Assembly (NCBI GenBank): GCA_016182085.1
Contig: JACOYB010000004.1
Coordinates: 147,923 to 211,922, forward strand
DNA from: Candidatus Magasanikiibacteriota bacterium
GTDB taxonomy: Bacteria > Patescibacteriota > Patescibacteriia > Magasanikbacterales > GWA2-37-8
Direction: 5' to 3'
DNA length: 64,000 bases
A program made the translations under genes and the position numbers. Positions 46,746-56,692 of this stretch are shown here, in pieces. Positions within the stretch are counted from its first letter, which is position 1, and the number at the start of each line of letters is the position of its first letter. Under the pieces are notes generated by a model. That model worked only from the letters and a program-made list of their open reading frames with translations. It was not told the origin of the DNA and searched no databases.

Positions 46746-47735
46746 TTAGCGTCTGTTCATCATCTGTTGTTCTTGTTTTCTCAGATCTTTTCTTTGGTTT
46801 TGTCTGGCTACGATTTGTTGCAATTTCATTAGTTGCGCCCGCCAGAATTGTTGTTGTTTCTCCAGTTTTTCTATCATGTTAATAATTTGATTAGTCATTT
46901 TCCCTTTAAATAGGGGAAACTTGCCGATAAAGAACAGTATGCCCAGAAAAGTTATCCAAATGGGGGATATTAAAATTATAATGATTGGAAGAATAATTGT
47001 TTCTAAAGTTTTAATTGTCATTTGCAGACAAGACCATCTGTCTACAAACGCTGCGTCCATAAAGGCCGTAAAAAGTTTGAAGGCTTTAAGAGTTCCAATA
47101 AGGCTGGTAATTGCCGTAAGCGCGACAGTTAGACCAGCAATTCTGGCCTTGAAGGATCCGTGGGTGGCTTGTTTTTTTAAGGTTTCAACCAAATTATCCA
47201 CCAGGAATGTTATATTTGGCTTGAAAAAAGATAAAAATCTTTTAGTTCTGGTTTGTTTAAATCCATTAAGTTCGTTTATCAGCTGGTCTGCTTCCTGATC
47301 CAGCTTTTGTTCTTGCATTTTTAACTGCATAAGCATGCTTTGTCTTTGCGAGGCCATGGCCGCAGCGGTCTGTGTTTGCTGGTCTGGAGCCAGCTGTGTT
47401 TGCTGGGGTTCTGGTTTTGGAGGCTGCTGGTAATTTTGTTCAGGAAAGCCTAAGTCTTCATCTGTTAAAGCGGCATCTTCCGGTTCGTCATTTTCTTCAT
47501 TATTTCCCAGATTTTCTTCAGGTTGATCTTCTTCAGTCGGAGCGGCTATTTTTTCTTGGGCTGCTTTACGAGCGCGATTGGCAGCTAAAAAATTTGCCAC
47601 CCCAGCTTCTGTTTGTGATTTTGGAATGATAATTTTTTTGGGACTAGAAGAGCGGCGTCGGTTTGTTGAACCGCCAAGCCAAGGGTTAAATGTGTTTGAT
47701 CCAGCCTCCCCGGGGTTTAGCTGCTGTCCCTCCAT
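46746..47735 (-). CDS. Hypothetical membrane protein with a low-complexity Gln/Glu-rich N-terminal region
   Basis: Charged/low-complexity N-terminal half. C-terminal TM helices (IILPIIIILISPIWITFLGILFF). Confidence 0.4.
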   Translation of the reverse strand: MEGQQLNPGEAGSNTFNPWLGGSTNRRRSSSPKKIIIPKSQTEAGVANFLAANRARKAAQEKIAAPTEEDQPEENLGNNEENDEPEDAALTDEDLGFPEQNYQQPPKPEPQQTQLAPDQQTQTAAAMASQRQSMLMQLKMQEQKLDQEADQLINELNGFKQTRTKRFLSFFKPNITFLVDNLVETLKKQATHGSFKARIAGLTVALTAITSLIGTLKAFKLFTAFMDAAFVDRWSCLQMTIKTLETIILPIIIILISPIWITFLGILFFIGKFPLFKGKMTNQIINMIEKLEKQQQFWRAQLMKLQQIVARQNQRKDLRKQEQQMMNRR

Positions 47736-47741
47736 ATAATT

Positions 47742-50234
47742 TTAATTTATGGCCAATTTATTTTCTTGTAAAACAAGTTTATGTGAAGATTTAGTTTTGT
47801 TTTGCAGGATCCGCCGGCCGATAATTTTTTCAACATCTTTTCGGATTCGTCTTCTGATTTCCCGGGCCGTATGCTGTTCCGGCATTTGACCGACAAACCA
47901 TTCAAATATTTTTTTGTCTGAGTTTATTTTGGTGCGATAGGCTTCCAGCTGTTTGTTGAGCTCGTTTATTTCCAGGGCGGCAATTTTGGCCAGATCATCT
48001 TTGTTTAAGGTATTAAATACAAAAACTTGGTCAAGCCTGTTTATAAGTTCGGGAGAGAAAAACTCTTTCAGTTTGGCGGTAATTTGTTTTTTATTTTCCG
48101 CGTAATTTATGGCTTTATCAAAACCGATTTGTGATTTTTTTATCTCTTCGGCGCCCAGCGACGTAGTTAAAATAATTGTCGCGTGCTTGAGCGACACCAT
48201 TCGGCCGGTGGAATCGGTAATGGATCCGTTTTCCAAAATCTGCAGTAATAATTTGGTAACATCTTTATGCGCTTTGTCTACTTCATCAAAAATAATTACG
48301 CAGTGCGGATTCATCTTCACCCGATCGGTGAATTGGTTTGTTTCTTTATAACCAACATAGCCGGCAGGGGAGCCAAGCAGTTTTGAAACACCGAAACTCT
48401 CGTTAAATTCACTCATGTTTAAGTGAATAAGGGAATTTTGGTGCGGATAAAGCGCCCGGGCCAGAGATTTGGCCAATTCGGTTTTACCCACGCCGCTCTC
48501 GCCGGCAAACAAAAATGAAGCCAGCGGGCGGTTGGGGCTGGAAAGTTCCAGCTGTGATTGCAATATTACCTCCGATACTTCCCGCACCACGTCATCCTGG
48601 CCAATAATATATTTTTTCAGTTCGGCTTCCAGATCGGACAGTTCTTTTTTTTCAGAAAACAATGTATTTTTTATCGGCGCGTCAATCATGTTCGCTAGTT
48701 GGACGGCGATATCCCGCTCAGTTATAAGAATTGATTTTTGGTTCGTTTTTTTAGCGCCGGTTTTTTCTTCCAATGATTTTATTTCTTTAGCCAGTATTTT
48801 TTCTTTCTCTTTTAATTTTACGGCCTCATCAAAATGATCGTGGCTGGCCGCCGCTTCTTTGTCGGTAATGGTTTGCTGCAAGTCTTGTTTAAGCTTCCAC
48901 AGCTTGGACTTAGCGGCGCTGGTTTTTATGGTGAGTCGTTTGGCCGCCGCAGTTTCGTCTAGCAAGTCTATGGCTTTGTCGGGCAGTAATTTATTGGAAA
49001 TATAGCGGTCGGCAAGCATCGCGGCTTTGGTGATAGCTTTATCGGAAATTTGCACAGTATGATAATCCTCGTAGTTCTTTTTTATGCCCATCATGATTTT
49101 AATCGTATCGGCAACGCTTGATTCCTTCACGTGAATAGGCTGGAAACGTCTTTCCAGAGCCGGATCATTTTCTATATGTTTTTTAAATTCTGTGGGGGTA
49201 GTGGCGCCAATACAGCGGATCTGTCCGCGCGCCAAAGCCGGTTTTAAGATATTGCCCGCGTCCATGCTGCCCTGATTGGAACCCGCGCCAACGATATTAT
49301 GCAGCTCATCAATAAACAAAATTATATCCGGATTATTAGCAGCTTCTTCTATAACTTGTTTCAGCCTGCCTTCAAATTCACCGCGGTAGGCAGTGCCGGC
49401 AATAAGCAGGCCCATATCCAGAGCATAGATTTTTTTGTGCAGCAAGGCATCAGGCACATCACCAGCCGCGATTTTTTTGGCGAGTCCTTCTACGATAGCG
49501 GTTTTGCCTACGCCCGGATCGCCCAGTAGTATGGGGTTGTTTTTGGTGCGGCGGCACAAAATTTGCATCATGCGTTCAATTTCGCGAGTGCGTCCGATTA
49601 CCGGATCAATGCCCGATTGCATTTCGGCGCTCGTAAGATCAACGGCAAAAAAATCCAAAACACTATCCTTTTTATTTTTTTTGTTTGCGGCGGCGTAAGA
49701 ATGGGTATGCGGCATAGTTAAATCTTCGGACAGGCTTTCTTGGATTTGGTCCATAATTTCCGGAACTTTATTTATTTGCGGAAATTGAGAAGCGTTGGTT
49801 AAGACAATTTCCAGCTGTTCTTCCAGTTCCTTTTTTTGAACTTTTTTATTTTTTAATAACTGTTCCAAGCGCTCATCTTTGCTGCCGAGCAGCGCGAGCA
49901 AGAGATGTTCTGTGCCTAGGTAGTTATGGTTATGTTGCTGAGCGATCACCAAAGATTTTTCTAACACGGCTTTTGAACTTGCCGAAAAGGGGAATAAACT
50001 AATTTTAAGTTTTGCTTCCGGCAATGTTTTAGAGCCGGTAAGGCCGGCTTCAATGGTTTTCGTGTCTAAATGATAACGATTTAAGACTTCACTTGCCATT
50101 GATCCTTTTTGCATAGATAGGGCAAGCAAAAGATGGGTCGGTTCTACCGAATTATTTTTAAGGTCCGTGGCAATGTTTATGCTGTTGATCAGGACCTCTC
50201 GTAAATTAGTTGAAAAGCGGTCAATTATGCTCAT
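47742..50234 (-). CDS. clpC: ATP-dependent Clp protease ATP-binding subunit ClpC (class III Clp/Hsp100)
   Basis: Two Clp_N repeats. Two AAA+ modules (GDPGVGKTAIVEGLA and GESGVGKTELAKSLA). Middle region with UVR-like coiled coil. 830 aa. Confidence 0.9.
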   Translation of the reverse strand: MSIIDRFSTNLREVLINSINIATDLKNNSVEPTHLLLALSMQKGSMASEVLNRYHLDTKTIEAGLTGSKTLPEAKLKISLFPFSASSKAVLEKSLVIAQQHNHNYLGTEHLLLALLGSKDERLEQLLKNKKVQKKELEEQLEIVLTNASQFPQINKVPEIMDQIQESLSEDLTMPHTHSYAAANKKNKKDSVLDFFAVDLTSAEMQSGIDPVIGRTREIERMMQILCRRTKNNPILLGDPGVGKTAIVEGLAKKIAAGDVPDALLHKKIYALDMGLLIAGTAYRGEFEGRLKQVIEEAANNPDIILFIDELHNIVGAGSNQGSMDAGNILKPALARGQIRCIGATTPTEFKKHIENDPALERRFQPIHVKESSVADTIKIMMGIKKNYEDYHTVQISDKAITKAAMLADRYISNKLLPDKAIDLLDETAAAKRLTIKTSAAKSKLWKLKQDLQQTITDKEAAASHDHFDEAVKLKEKEKILAKEIKSLEEKTGAKKTNQKSILITERDIAVQLANMIDAPIKNTLFSEKKELSDLEAELKKYIIGQDDVVREVSEVILQSQLELSSPNRPLASFLFAGESGVGKTELAKSLARALYPHQNSLIHLNMSEFNESFGVSKLLGSPAGYVGYKETNQFTDRVKMNPHCVIIFDEVDKAHKDVTKLLLQILENGSITDSTGRMVSLKHATIILTTSLGAEEIKKSQIGFDKAINYAENKKQITAKLKEFFSPELINRLDQVFVFNTLNKDDLAKIAALEINELNKQLEAYRTKINSDKKIFEWFVGQMPEQHTAREIRRRIRKDVEKIIGRRILQNKTKSSHKLVLQENKLAIN

Positions 50235-50321
50235 AAAAAATGAGTTATTATTGCTGTTTTTTTTATTGTAATATATACTAAATTGACCGTTAAGTCAAAG
50301 AGTTTTTACTATATATTTGCT

Positions 50322-51686
50322 ATGAAAATTGCTGAGCATATATTTAAAACATACGATATTCGAGGCCTGTATCCAGAAGAGTTAAACGAAGACGTGGCCT
50401 ACCGAACCGGCCGGGCGTTTGCGGAATTGATTAAGAAGGAAATACCTCGTTCCGATATTACGGTGGCCGTGGGCCAGGATATGAGAATCTCCTCGCCAAG
50501 TCTGTTTGAAGCGGTGGTAAAAGGCATTACCGATCAAGGGCTAAGCGTGGTGGATATTGGGCTTGTTTCTACCCCTACATTTTATTTTGGCGTCAGTTTT
50601 TATGGGTATGATGCCGGGCTGCAGGTTTCGGCGTCCCATAATCCGGGGAAATATAACGGGTTTAAAATGACGCGAGCAAACGCTGTGCCGATTAGCGGTG
50701 ATACCGGTATTTTGGAAATACGGGATATGGTGGTTAAAAATGAGTTTCCGGAAGTGGAGAAAAAAGGGTCGGTATCCAAACGCGAGGGAGTGCTGCCAGA
50801 GCAAATACAATTTGCTTTAACGTATGTCAATAAAGAACAAATTAAACCGTTTAAAATCGTAGTTGATACGGCCAACGGCATGGGCGGGCCGCTGGTGGAA
50901 GAGCTGTTTAAATTTTTGCCGTGCGAACTTATAAAAATGTATTTTGAGTTGGATGGAAATTTTCCTAATCATGAAGCCGATCCGTTAAAGGACGAGAATA
51001 ATGAAGCCTTGCAGAAAAAAGTCGTGGAAGTGGGCGCGGATTTTGGCGTGGCGCTTGATGGCGACGCGGATAGAATATTTTTTATAGATAACACCGGTAA
51101 GACAGTTGAGCCAGCCATAGTGCGCGGCATACTCGCCCAGATTTTTTTGCGCGATAATCCCGGGGCGAAAATTTGTTATGATATTCGCCCTGGAAAAATT
51201 ACTATAGACATGATAACCGAAGCCGGCGGCGTGCCGGTAGTAACCAGAGTCGGCCACTCGCTCATTAAAGAAAAGATGCGTGAAATTGATTCCGTGTTTG
51301 CGGGTGAGTCATCCGGACATTTTTTTGTGAAGATGCCGCACGGGACTTTTGAAGTGCCGGAAATTATCACGCTTAAAATACTTGAAGAACTTTCACGAAG
51401 CGGTCAAACAATGCGTGAATATGTGCAGCCGCTAGAGCGATATATTCATTCTGGAGAAATCAATTTTGCGGTTACAGACAAGGCAGCCGTGTTTGCGAAA
51501 TTGAAAGAAAAATATGGGCAGAATTTGCAATATGATTTTGACGGCCTTAGTTTTACCTGGCCCGATTGGTGGTTTAACGTCCGCGCGTCAAATACGGAAA
51601 ATAAAATGCGTTTGAATTTGGAATCAACCAGTGAAGAAGTGATGAAAGAAAAAACAAAAGAGGTAAGCGAAATAATTAAATCTTAA
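50322..51686 (+). CDS. Phosphohexomutase (phosphomannomutase/phosphoglucomutase/GlmM family)
   Basis: Active-site loop VSASHNPGKYNGFK. Metal-binding DGDADR. FKTYDIRG N-terminus. The track start 50283 is probably an extension. Confidence 0.85.
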   Translation: MKIAEHIFKTYDIRGLYPEELNEDVAYRTGRAFAELIKKEIPRSDITVAVGQDMRISSPSLFEAVVKGITDQGLSVVDIGLVSTPTFYFGVSFYGYDAGLQVSASHNPGKYNGFKMTRANAVPISGDTGILEIRDMVVKNEFPEVEKKGSVSKREGVLPEQIQFALTYVNKEQIKPFKIVVDTANGMGGPLVEELFKFLPCELIKMYFELDGNFPNHEADPLKDENNEALQKKVVEVGADFGVALDGDADRIFFIDNTGKTVEPAIVRGILAQIFLRDNPGAKICYDIRPGKITIDMITEAGGVPVVTRVGHSLIKEKMREIDSVFAGESSGHFFVKMPHGTFEVPEIITLKILEELSRSGQTMREYVQPLERYIHSGEINFAVTDKAAVFAKLKEKYGQNLQYDFDGLSFTWPDWWFNVRASNTENKMRLNLESTSEEVMKEKTKEVSEIIKS

Positions 51687-51696
51687 TTTTAATTAT

Positions 51697-52026
51697 ATGC
51701 CTAAAAAATCCAACATGCCGACCAGCCCTGCTGTTCACTGGTTGGGCAAAAAAGTGAGCTCGACCAGGCAAAATCAAGAAAATGAGAAAGATGAGTTGTA
51801 TAACAGGCGTTTGCAAATCGCGACCAGAATAAAACAGGCAAGTTTAAAACCAAAAATGTTTTTCAAAGCTAATTTGGAAGATGATTTGCGCGTTTTTGAA
51901 TATGTCGTGCAGAAAATTGACCGGCTTTCGGGAGAAGTATTTTTAAAAAATGAACGTGGCACGGTACGAAAACTTTCGGTATTTGATAAGCTTTTTGGGC
52001 CTAAAGCAGAGACGCGGACTCGTTAA
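51697..52026 (+). CDS. Hypothetical small protein
   Basis: 109-aa basic protein, no recognisable motif. Convergent with htpX. Confidence 0.3.
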   Translation: MPKKSNMPTSPAVHWLGKKVSSTRQNQENEKDELYNRRLQIATRIKQASLKPKMFFKANLEDDLRVFEYVVQKIDRLSGEVFLKNERGTVRKLSVFDKLFGPKAETRTR

Positions 52027-52901
52027 GCCATCTCCCTTAACTTTTTTATACGGTCTTCTATCGGCGGGTGAGTAGAGAAGAAACTGGCAAATTTTTTTCC
52101 AGAAAAGGGGTTGGCAAAAAATAAATGCGCCGTGGCTGTGTCTGCTTTAATCATTGGTTGATTTTGCGCGGCGATTTTTTCTAAGGCCTTAGCCAAACCT
52201 TCGGGGTAGCGGGTAAGCAGCGACCCGGAAGCATCGGCCAAGTATTCGCGGCGTCTGGAAATTGCCAATTTTATAATTTCAGCTACCACCGGAGCTAAAA
52301 TGCCAAAAAATAATCCGACAATCATAAGTATTACTCCGGCATTGCCATTGTCGCGGTTGCGCCGGCTGGACCTGATAGTATGAAAAAATATATTGGAAAG
52401 CATGGAAATCGCGCCTACCAGCACTACCACCAAAGTCATAAATCTGATGTCGTAATTTTGCACATGCGACAGTTCGTGAGCCAATACGCCTTCTAATTCT
52501 TCGTTGGTTAATTGCTCCAAAGCGCCGCGAGTGACGGCAATAGTGGCTGTTTCCGGATTACGGCCTGTGGCCAAAGCGTTTATGGCTGAATCTTCAATAA
52601 TATAAATTTTGGGCGCGGGCAGGCCGGAAGTAATACAAAGATTTTCTACCATTCTATAAAGATAAGCATTTTCTTCTTTGGTAATCGGTTTGGCGCCGGT
52701 AGACCACAAAGCGATTTTGTCTCCTTTAAAATATGAAATAAGGGTCATGCCAAAAGAAAATCCAACGGCAAAAAGTACGCCGCCGTAATTGCCAAGGCCG
52801 CTGGATATATCAAAAAGATAACCTAAGCCGATGATGATAAGAATAAACACCATCATTAGCGCCACCGATTGTCTTTTATTGGAGGTTATTTGAGAGTACA
52901 T
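52023..52901 (-). CDS. htpX: Zinc metalloprotease HtpX (M48 family)
   Basis: HELSHVQNYD (HExxH). TM helices. HtpX-like length and C-terminal region. Confidence 0.85.
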   Translation of the reverse strand: MYSQITSNKRQSVALMMVFILIIIGLGYLFDISSGLGNYGGVLFAVGFSFGMTLISYFKGDKIALWSTGAKPITKEENAYLYRMVENLCITSGLPAPKIYIIEDSAINALATGRNPETATIAVTRGALEQLTNEELEGVLAHELSHVQNYDIRFMTLVVVLVGAISMLSNIFFHTIRSSRRNRDNGNAGVILMIVGLFFGILAPVVAEIIKLAISRRREYLADASGSLLTRYPEGLAKALEKIAAQNQPMIKADTATAHLFFANPFSGKKFASFFSTHPPIEDRIKKLREMA

Positions 52902-52903
52902 AT

Positions 52904-53341
52904 TTATTTTGTAGCTGCTATTTCCATTTCAGCTTTATTTTTTTTCGTGTCTATTTCTATAAAAATTAAAGGCCAGACAGGTCCAGTAAAATTTTTGTTT
53001 TGGTACCAATGACCGACTAAATTTTTGGAGCCTAGTAAAGGTTGGTTGTGGGGTTCGTCCTGTAAAGAGAGGTCAACATATTTCGCCACGCCTGTTCTTA
53101 GGGAGTACAATATTATATCGGATGGTTTAACGCCTGATTTAAGAGCTTGGTTATAAGGTTCAAATAAAATTTTTTTGTGTGGTGGTAAATCTTCAGGGAG
53201 ATATATACCGTATTTGCCCTCGGCTTCAATTTTTTTGCGCATATTTTCAAGTGCCTGGGCATTTGGATTAGCCGCTTCTCTATATAAATTATCAGCTCCT
53301 TCGTGTTTGTTCATATTATTATAACTCTGTTTTAACACCAT
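52904..53341 (-). CDS. Hypothetical protein, paralog A of a tandem pair in the lemA-htpX operon
   Basis: 145 aa. The segment GIYLPEDLPPHKKILFEPYNQALKSGVKPSDIILYSLRTGVAKY aligns with LQIPKDLRPGDEFTVLNDFLDAMKIKKAEQFKPEDIIFYSKELGILKF of the next ORF. Confidence 0.5.
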   Translation of the reverse strand: MVLKQSYNNMNKHEGADNLYREAANPNAQALENMRKKIEAEGKYGIYLPEDLPPHKKILFEPYNQALKSGVKPSDIILYSLRTGVAKYVDLSLQDEPHNQPLLGSKNLVGHWYQNKNFTGPVWPLIFIEIDTKKNKAEMEIAATK

Positions 53342-53726
53342 TTTTTGTAATTGATACTACATCAAATACATTATCGCTATGATAATAAGATACTTGTAGC
53401 GCGTTTTCCTTACCTGCGTCTGCCCAGGAATATATCGTTGTTGGTATGTTTTCTATAATAAAAGTATCATCGTGTAAATCCGACTTGTAGTTAAATTTTA
53501 ATATTCCAAGTTCTTTAGAATAAAAAATTATATCTTCAGGCTTAAACTGTTCTGCTTTCTTTATTTTCATTGCATCCAAAAAGTCATTAAGAACAGTAAA
53601 TTCATCGCCTGGTCTTAGATCTTTGGGAATTTGTAAGCCAATCTTATCCTCCTTTGCAATTTCTCGCTGCATCTCTTCCAAGGATTTTTTTATGACGAGA
53701 TTTTCGTGCCGCTCTTTTTTATCCAT
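53319..53726 (-). CDS. Hypothetical protein, paralog B of the tandem pair
   Basis: 135 aa. Aligns with its downstream neighbour. Overlaps it by 23 nt. Sits between lemA and htpX. Confidence 0.5.
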   Translation of the reverse strand: MDKKERHENLVIKKSLEEMQREIAKEDKIGLQIPKDLRPGDEFTVLNDFLDAMKIKKAEQFKPEDIIFYSKELGILKFNYKSDLHDDTFIIENIPTTIYSWADAGKENALQVSYYHSDNVFDVVSITKNGVKTEL

Positions 53727-53729
53727 AAA

Positions 53730-54296
53730 CTAGAATTTCACCTGTACATTTTGTTTTTCACCTTCGGCGGCTTGGAAGAATTCGTATTTTGTAAATCCTA
53801 AAGAGTTGGCGATAAGGTTGGTAGGGAAGGTTTCAATTTTAATATTGAAGTCGCGCGTATTGCCGTTGTAGAAGCGGCGGGAAGCCTGTATTTTATTTTC
53901 GGTGTCGCTAATTTCATCTTGAAGTTGCAAGAAGTTTTGGCTAGCTTTTAGGTCTGGGTAATTTTCGGTTACGGCAAACAAAGTTTTTAAGGTGCCGGAA
54001 AGCATGTTTTCGGCATTTTCACGTTCTTTTAGAGTGGCATTTTTGTTGTCGTGTACAGCCATGGCCGCAGTGCGGGCTTCGGTAAGTTTAACCAAAGTTT
54101 GCTGTTCGTGAGTCATGTAGCCTTTTACTGTTTCTACTAAGTTTGGGATAAGGTCGTAGCGGCGTTTGAGCTGGACATCTATATCACTAAGAGCTTCGTT
54201 TACTCTGTTTTTGCCGCGGATTAATCCGTTGTATACGGCAATTAGCCACACAGCTACCAAGGCTAAACCGGCGAGAATTATATATAGGGCGGACAT
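53730..54296 (-). CDS. lemA: LemA family membrane protein
   Basis: N-terminal TM then LIRGKNRVNEALSDIDVQLKRRYDLIPNLVETVKGY, a typical LemA signature. Confidence 0.85.
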   Translation of the reverse strand: MSALYIILAGLALVAVWLIAVYNGLIRGKNRVNEALSDIDVQLKRRYDLIPNLVETVKGYMTHEQQTLVKLTEARTAAMAVHDNKNATLKERENAENMLSGTLKTLFAVTENYPDLKASQNFLQLQDEISDTENKIQASRRFYNGNTRDFNIKIETFPTNLIANSLGFTKYEFFQAAEGEKQNVQVKF

Positions 54297-54351
54297 ATAT
54301 GTTTGTTATTTATGAATTAAGCAGTGCCTATTGGCTTTTTTATGCAGATAT

Positions 54352-54419
54352 TATATGATATGCGAAGTGAGTGATAAGTAAAAATTAATTTTTACTTATC
54401 CGAACGAGAATATCATATA
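54352..54419. promoter_or_regulatory. Nested palindrome (perfect 28-bp core) in the divergent lemA-htpX / rseP promoter region; candidate operator
   Basis: Core GATAAGTAAAAATTAATTTTTACTTATC (54373-54400) flanked by outer arms TATATGATA ... TATCATATA (54352-54419). Confidence 0.45.
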
Positions 54420-54486
54420 CCTTAGTATATGATATAGCTATAGAAAATACAAGGTTTTGAACTGGTTTATTTAATTTACAAATTTT

Positions 54487-55659
54487 ATGGTAACTCTGCT
54501 TATTTTTATCGCCGTTCTGGCCGTACTCGTCATCTCCCATGAATGGGGTCATTTTGTGGTTGCGCGCAAAAGCGGCATGAAAGTCTATGAATTTGGCTTT
54601 GGCTTTCCGCCGCGACTTTTTGGCATACAAAAAATAAAAGATGAGCAAGGTAACAGTAAATGGCGTTTTATCTGGGGCCGAAAAGCAGATGAAGAAGCGG
54701 GGGAAACCGTATATTCTTTTAATATTATTCCGCTGGGCGGCTTTGTGCGTATTAAAGGCGAAGACGGCCAGGAAGTTGGGCCAGACAGTTTTGCGGCGCA
54801 AAAAGCCTGGAAAAGAGCAGTTACGTTAATGGCCGGCGTTGGCATGAATATTGTTACGGCTTTTATTTTACTTTCGGTTGGTTTTATGATCGGCGCGCCG
54901 CAGGCCGTAGATAGTTTGCCCCCAGGCACTACCGCGGAAAATAGACACATAGAAATTATAGAATTAATTGCGGATAAGCCAGCAGCCGCAGCCGGTCTGC
55001 AATCCGGCGATATTATCGTAAGTTTAGATAATCTGCAAAATCCGAGCGTGAAAGCTATGCAGGAATATGTAGATGCTAATAAAAATAAAGATATAAAAGT
55101 TACAGTGAAACGAGGAGATAACACTATAGAAAAAAATATTCGCCCGTTTGTATATGAAGATACCGGAAAAGGCGGTTTGGGCGTAAGTCTTATAGAGGTC
55201 GGGCTGGTACGCTATCCGTGGTATAGGGCTATTTATTACGGCTTGATCATGACCGGATTGTATTTAAAAGAAATTTTGTTTTCATTTTATTATCTAATTT
55301 CCGGATTATTTGCCGGCGCGCCGGTGGGTGAATCTTTGTCTGGCCCGATAGGCATAGCGGTCATGACCGGTAAAGTCGCCAAATTAGGATTTAGTTACTT
55401 GTTAAATTTTATGGCTTTGTTATCGCTTAATCTGGCTGTGTTAAATGCCTTGCCCATCCCGGCGCTTGATGGCGGAAGGCTGCTATTTTTGATCATCAGC
55501 AAACTTAAAGGCAAGCCGGTTGAACAGCGGTATGAACAGATAGCGCATGGAGTTGGATTTGTACTATTAATTTCTTTGGTTGTGTTAATCACCGTAAAAG
55601 ACCTGGGGAATTTTAAAGGATTGTTTGTTAGTTTATTTCAAAAAGTGATCGGATCATAA
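54487..55659 (+). CDS. rseP: Site-2 protease RseP (M50 zinc metalloprotease) with PDZ domain
   Basis: HEWGHFVVAR HExxH in the first TM. Central PDZ. C-terminal LDGG motif (ALDGGRLLF). Confidence 0.9.
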   Translation: MVTLLIFIAVLAVLVISHEWGHFVVARKSGMKVYEFGFGFPPRLFGIQKIKDEQGNSKWRFIWGRKADEEAGETVYSFNIIPLGGFVRIKGEDGQEVGPDSFAAQKAWKRAVTLMAGVGMNIVTAFILLSVGFMIGAPQAVDSLPPGTTAENRHIEIIELIADKPAAAAGLQSGDIIVSLDNLQNPSVKAMQEYVDANKNKDIKVTVKRGDNTIEKNIRPFVYEDTGKGGLGVSLIEVGLVRYPWYRAIYYGLIMTGLYLKEILFSFYYLISGLFAGAPVGESLSGPIGIAVMTGKVAKLGFSYLLNFMALLSLNLAVLNALPIPALDGGRLLFLIISKLKGKPVEQRYEQIAHGVGFVLLISLVVLITVKDLGNFKGLFVSLFQKVIGS

Positions 55660-55660
55660 T

Positions 55661-56692
55661 ATGCAGGATAAGTTACAACAAATAAAAACCGAAGCCTTGC
55701 TGGCGCTTAAATCCGTTAAGGATAAGATTCAGCTGGAGGAATTGGAAATTAAGTTGTTGGGCCGCAAAGGCGGGCAGCTTACCGAACTTCTTAAAGGATT
55801 AAAAGATTTAAGCGAAGATGCAAAGCGAGAGGTGGGGCAGCTGGCCAATGAAATAAAAAAAGATATTGAAAGCGCGCTTGCAAAAAAGAAAACTGAGTTT
55901 GTGCAGCAAGAAATGGCGGGGTTATTGGAAAAAGAAAATTTAGATATCACGCAGCCGTCCTTACCGCCGAAAGTGTTGGGACATTTACACCCCAATACTA
56001 TTATCCAAAATGATTTGGAAGATTTATTTACTTCCATGGGTTTTATGGTTTTGGATGGGCCGGAACTAGAAAGCGAATATTACAATTTTAGCGCCTTAAA
56101 TATTCCGGCCGACCATCCGGCGCGCGATATGCAGGATACTTTTTATATAAAAGGCCATAGCGATTGGGTGATGAGAACGCACACCTCGCCGATGCAGGTG
56201 CGGGCCATGCAAAAATATGGCACGCCACTGCGAATGATTGTGCCGGGGAAGTGTTTCCGCAACGAAGCAACTGACGTGCGCCATGAACACACATTTTATC
56301 AGTTAGAAGGAGTGGTCGTGGATAAAGATATAAGTTTTGCCCACATGAAAGGCGTGTTGGAGTCGGTTTTTAAACATATTTTTGGCCCGGAAACTAAAAT
56401 TCGTCTGCGTCCGAAATTTTATCCGTTTGTAGAGCCGGGAGTAAATGGTGAAGTGACTTGTTACTTGTGCAAAGGAAAAGGTTGTCGTTTATGCAAGCAA
56501 ACCGGCTGGCTGGAAGTTTTTGGCGCCGGTATGATCCATCCTAATGTGCTAAAGGAAGGCGATATTGATCCAAATATATACCAGGGTTTTGCCTTTGGTT
56601 TTGGGCTTACTCGTTTGGCTATGCTTAAATATGGCATAGAAGATATCCGTCTTTTGGAAAGCGGGAATATGAAATTCCTTGAGCAATTTTAG
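55661..56692 (+). CDS. pheS: Phenylalanine--tRNA ligase alpha subunit
   Basis: Class II core motifs (FRNEATDVRHEHTFYQLEG, GFAFGFGLTRLAM). N-terminal coiled coil. Confidence 0.95.
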   Translation: MQDKLQQIKTEALLALKSVKDKIQLEELEIKLLGRKGGQLTELLKGLKDLSEDAKREVGQLANEIKKDIESALAKKKTEFVQQEMAGLLEKENLDITQPSLPPKVLGHLHPNTIIQNDLEDLFTSMGFMVLDGPELESEYYNFSALNIPADHPARDMQDTFYIKGHSDWVMRTHTSPMQVRAMQKYGTPLRMIVPGKCFRNEATDVRHEHTFYQLEGVVVDKDISFAHMKGVLESVFKHIFGPETKIRLRPKFYPFVEPGVNGEVTCYLCKGKGCRLCKQTGWLEVFGAGMIHPNVLKEGDIDPNIYQGFAFGFGLTRLAMLKYGIEDIRLLESGNMKFLEQF

